21,903 bases of DNA from Alloascoidea hylecoeti (Eukaryota): the NCBI GenBank assembly GCA_001600815.1, contig BCKZ01000006.1, forward strand, positions 1,150,137-1,172,039, in the 5' to 3' direction. Both the position numbers and the translations under genes were made by a program. This document shows, one piece after another, positions 21,841-21,903 of this stretch (within the stretch, counting starts at the first letter, position 1; each line of letters begins with the position of its first letter). Below the pieces are notes generated by a model. It made no database searches. It saw only the letters and a program-made list of their open reading frames with translations, and was not told the DNA's origin.

Positions 21841-21903
21841 TTAATTATATAATTATAATCAACTTTAAATTAAATATGCATGGAAATATGCAGGAATAGA
21901 TAT

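Overview
AT-rich fungal nuclear DNA, most likely from an intron-containing, early-diverging budding yeast. This is an inference from the yeast-type pyruvate kinase, short spliceosomal introns with GT(A/G/T)AGT...CTAAY...YAG signals, a velvet gene, and CTG read as Leu. Intact genes: a 3-exon velvet-domain regulator that the ORF track splits and misses (4848-7392 +), a 2-exon pyruvate kinase (7950-9543 +), a secreted pepsin/yapsin-type aspartic protease (9923-11203 -), and an unassigned multi-pass membrane glycoprotein (17942-19900 -) whose N-terminus may be disrupted. Around them is decayed sequence: an F-box/WD40 pseudogene, a full-length OPT oligopeptide-transporter pseudogene, a non-LTR retrotransposon RT fragment next to a (CA)n tract, and a Tc1/IS630-type transposase fragment. 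The most striking non-coding structure is a ~470-bp array (20461-20930) of 21 cores (ATTAATTAGCG consensus) on a 23-bp period with variable ~12-bp spacers. It starts just inside a TA|CAGT Tc1-like terminus and runs directly into the transposase remnant.
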